Assembly: GCA_030390025.1 (NCBI GenBank)
Contig: CM059432.1
Location: forward strand, 25,546,001-25,610,000
Length of the DNA: 64,000 nt
Direction: 5' to 3'
Source of the DNA: Squalus acanthias
Lineage: Eukaryota
The notes under the pieces are model-generated. The model did no database searches. It had not been told where the DNA came from and worked only from the letters and a program-made list of their open reading frames with translations. Below are positions 60,326 to 64,000 of this stretch, piece by piece (position 1 is the first letter of the stretch; each line of letters begins with the position of its first letter). The position numbers and the translations under genes were made by a program.

Positions 60326-62859
60326 ACATAGAAACATAGAAACATAGAAGATAGGAGCAGGAGCAGGCCATTCAGCCCCTCGAGCCTGCTCCGCCATTCA
60401 ATGAGATCATGGCTGATCATCCAAATTCAGTACCCTGTCCCTGCTTTCTCCCCATATCCCTTGATCCCTTTAGCTTCAAGAAATATATCGAACTCCTTCT
60501 TGAATATATTTAATGAATTGGCCTCTACTGCCTTCTGTGGTAGAGAATTCCACAGGTTCACCACTCTCTGGGTGAAGAAATTCCTCCTCATCTCAGTCCT
60601 AAATGGCTTACCCCTTATCCTTAGACTGTGACCCCTGGTTCTGGACTCCCCGGCCATCGGGAACATCCTGCATCTAGTCTGTCTAGTCCTGTAAGAATTT
60701 TATAAGTTTCAATGAGATCCCCTCTCATTCTTCTAAACTCCAGTGAGTATAAGCCCAATCGACCCAATCTCTCTTCATACGTCATTCCTGCCATCCCAGG
60801 TATCAGCCTGGTGAATCTTCGCTGCACTCTCTCCATGGCAAGAACATCCTTCCTCAGATAAGGCGACCAAAACTGCACACAATACTCAAGATGTGGTCTC
60901 ACCAAGGCCCTGTACAACTGCAGCAAGACATCCTTGTTCCTGTACTCGAACCCTTTCGCTACGAAGGCCAACATACCATTTGCCTTCTTAACCGCCTGCT
61001 GCACCTGCATGCTTACCTTCAGCGACTGGTGCACAAGGACACCCAGGTCTCATTGCACTTCCCCTTCTCCCAATCTATTGCCATTCAGATAATAATCTGC
61101 CTTCCTGTTTTTGACACCAAAGTGGATAACCTCGCATTTATCCACATTATATTGCATCTTACATGCTTCTGCCCAATCACCCAACCTGTCCAAATCATAC
61201 TGGAGTTTTTCGGCATCCTCCTCACGGCACACACTCCCACCCAGCTTTGTGTCATCTGCAAACTTGGAGATATTACATCCAATTCCCTCGTCTAGATCAT
61301 TAATATATATTGTGAATAGCTGGGGTCCTAGGACCGATCCCTGTGGTACCCCACTAGTCGCTGCCTGCCAGTCGGAAAAAGACCCATTTATTCCAACTCT
61401 TTGCTTTCTGTCTGCCAACCAGTTCTCTATCCAAGTCAATACCTTGCCCCCAATCCGATGTGCCTTAACGTTACACACTAATCTCTTATCGAAAGCCTTC
61501 TGAAAGTCCAAATACACCACATCCACTGGTTCTCCCTTATCTATTTTACCAGTTACATCCTCAAAAAATTCCAGTAGATTAGTCAAGCACGATTTACCTA
61601 TTGTAAATCCATGTTGACTTTGTCCGATCCTGTCACTGTTTTCCAAGTGGTCTGCTATTACATCTTTTATAATGGACTCTAGCATTTTCCCCACTACCGA
61701 TGTCAGGCTTACTGGTCTATAATTCCCCGTTTTCTCTCTACCACCTTTTTTGAATAGTAGGGTAACATTAGCTACCCTCCAATCAATGGGTATTGTTCCA
61801 GAGTCTATAGAATTTTGGAAGATGACCAGCAATGCATCTACTATTTCTAGGGCCACTTCTTTAAGTACCCTAGGATGTAGATTATCAGGCCCTGGGGATT
61901 TATCAGCCTTCAATCCTGTCAATTTCCCTAACACTATTTCCCTACAAATACTGATTTCTTTCAGTTCCTCCCTCTCATTAGACCCTATGTTCCCCGACAT
62001 CTCTGGGAGGTTATTTGTGTCCTCCTTTGTGAAGACAGAACCAAAGTATGTATTCAAGTGGTCTGCCATTTCTTTGTTCCCCATTATAAATTCCCCTGAT
62101 TCTGACTGCAAGGGACCTACGCTTGACTTCAGCAATCTTTTTCTCTTCACATATCTATAAAAGCTTTTACAGTCAGTTTTTATGTTCCCTGAAAGCTTAC
62201 TCTCACACTCTATTTTCCCCCTCTTAATTAATCCCTTTGTCCTTCATTGCTGAATCCTATACTGCTCCCAATCCTCAGGTTTTCTGCTTTTTATGGCCAA
62301 TTTAGATGTCCTCTCCTTGGATCTTATGCTATCCCTAATTTCCTTTGTTAGCCACGGTTGAGTCACCTTTTTTGATTTATTTTTATGCCAAACTGGGATG
62401 AACAAATTCTGTAGTTCATCCATGCGATCTTTGAATGTTTGCCATTGCCTTTCCACCGTCAACCCTTTTGAGTGACATTCCCCAATCAATCCTACCCAAC
62501 TGGCGCCTCATACCATCGTAGTTTCCTTTATTTAAATTCAGGACCCCAGTCTCTGAGTCAACTACTTCACTCTCCATCTTAATGAAGAATTCTATCATAT
62601 TATGATCACTCCGACCCAAGGGGCCTCGCACAACAAGATTGCTAATTAATCCTTTCTCATTACATAATACCCAGTCTAAGATGGCCTGATCTCTAGTTGG
62701 TACCTCGACATATTGGTCCAGGAAACCATCCCGTATACACTCCAGGAATTCCTCCTCCACAGTATTGTTACTAATTTGGTAAGCCCAATCTATATGTAGA
62801 TTAAAGTCGCCCATGATAACTGCTGTGCTCTTATTGCACGCTTCTCTAATTTCCCTTTA
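60326..62859 (-). mobile_element. 5'-truncated CR1 LINE
   Basis: ORFs 62416..62814, 62244..62489, 61050..62150, 60621..61034 and 60427..60666; (aacataga)n tail. Confidence 0.96.
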
Positions 62860-62895
62860 AAGATGTAAGCGTGGGGGAACATCTAGCGATTGTAA

Positions 62896-63192
62896 CATAG
62901 AGTCAGAGGGCTGGATTTTGTCTTGGGGTCGGGTTGGGGTTGTGCAATCCGCATTTCGTGTTTCCCCCCCGACTCCAGATTAATGCCTGATGCAATTTTC
63001 ACTTAATTGGGCAATTGAGTTGGAGCATGTGGGATCCCATGAACTAATTAGTGTTTTGAGTCTGAAAGTCGCCTCTGATGATGTCATCATTGCTGACTGC
63101 CTAGTCTCAGAGATTGTTGGTGACAGAGGACCTGCCTGGCTTTTGATGTGAGTGGACCTGGATGCAAAAATTGGGGGGGGGGGGGGGGCGGG

Positions 63193-63232
<40 letters not shown>

Positions 63233-64000
63233 TTTGCAACCAAGTCCTCCCGGGCAGTCTCTGAAGACATTCAATGCAGCAGCATCAGAGGCGCCGTTCA
63301 GACCTAATACTACTACTACTACCTTCATCACATCTCCATTGTAATAGTGGACCTGCAGCTGATAGTCAGCTATCCACTTGTGCTCCCGTCAGGTTTCACT
63401 GGAGTGTGTCACACCAGGCGTGCTTCATGTCAGTAGAGGGTTAAACTAGCTACAGCGTTTCAAAATGGCATTACAGAGCCAATTTAGAGCTTGTTAAGGG
63501 CTTTAATGGCCTCTCCCGCCTCTTGAAGGCGGGACGGAGTCAGGAACCCCGCGACTGATTCTGTCAAAATTGCGTGGAGGCGGGATGGAGTTGGGATGGG
63601 GTCGGAAACCCCGACCCTGCAAATTTAACCCCCCACACGCCTCCAAACCCGACTCCATGGGTCATTCAAAATCCAGCCCATAGAGTCATAACGGCACAGA
63701 AGGAGGCCATTCGGCCCATCGAGTCCGTGCCGGCTCTCTGTAGAGCAATCCAGTCAGTCCCATTCCCCCACTCTATCCCTGTAGCCCTGCAAGTTTATTT
63801 CCCTCAAGTGCCTATCCAGTCTCCCCTTGAAAACATTGAGTGTCTCCGCTTCCACCACTTCCGTCGGCAGCGAGTTCCAGGTCCTCACCACTCGCTGCGT
63901 AAAAAAGTTTTTCCTCACGTCCCCCCTGTATCTCTTGCTCAAAACCTTAAATCTGTGTCCCCTAGTCCTTGTACCATCAACTAGTGGGAACAGCCTTTCC
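62896..64000 (-). mobile_element. 3' end of a CR1 LINE (tail split by the MITE; continues past the window)
   Basis: ORF 63754..63942 RKNFFTQRVVRTWNSLP; catagagtca|tagagtcata tail. Confidence 0.9.
62908..63679. mobile_element. Harbinger-type MITE, inverted sister of 55981..56730, inserted in a CR1 tail
   Basis: Same TIRs; flanks aga/ata inside (catagagt)n; internal G-run and (GA)n. Confidence 0.9.

Larger units (their letters stand above)
44250..62895 (+). mobile_element. Old CR1 LINE (ORF1 esterase and start of ORF2) broken into ~44250-44710, 58676-59402, 60142-60325 and ~62860-62895
   Basis: GDSIIR...NAWLK joins WCGKEGFHFMGHWHQYW across the SINE insertion. EPEQI joins KDVSVGEHL across the 60326-62859 CR1. 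Confidence 0.8.

Noticed and set aside
3425..62160. Many antisense ORFs of 60-180 aa over CR1 copies (e.g. 3947..4477, 52081..52473, 61750..62160)
   Set aside because: Shadow frames of RT coding sequence that recur in every copy.

Overview
Vertebrate genomic DNA with no recognisable host protein-coding exon, made up mostly of nested transposable elements. The repeat content (many CR1 LINEs with short-unit tails, tRNA-headed Deu-domain SINEs, Penelope-like elements, GGG..CCC Harbinger-type MITEs) suggests a cartilaginous fish; this is an inference. Main structures: (1) Four short Penelope-like (PLE) insertions with 12-14 bp target-site duplications (TSDs), each built on a minimal type I hammerhead-ribozyme motif or its 3' part. 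Two are fold-back elements with hammerhead motifs on both strands, one of them a ~1.2 kb near-perfect palindrome. (2) A nest at ~44.2-62.9 kb: old CR1 > DeuSINE > Tx1/L1-clade LINE inserted at the SINE A box > solo LTR, PLE palindrome, full-length CR1 and MITE. (3) A 3.4 kb PIF/Harbinger element with a three-exon Myb/SANT gene, inserted at the predicted cleavage site of a hammerhead. (4) A ~2 kb 30-bp minisatellite. Coordinates were read by eye. Ends defined by a TSD or terminal repeat are close to exact; the others are approximate.
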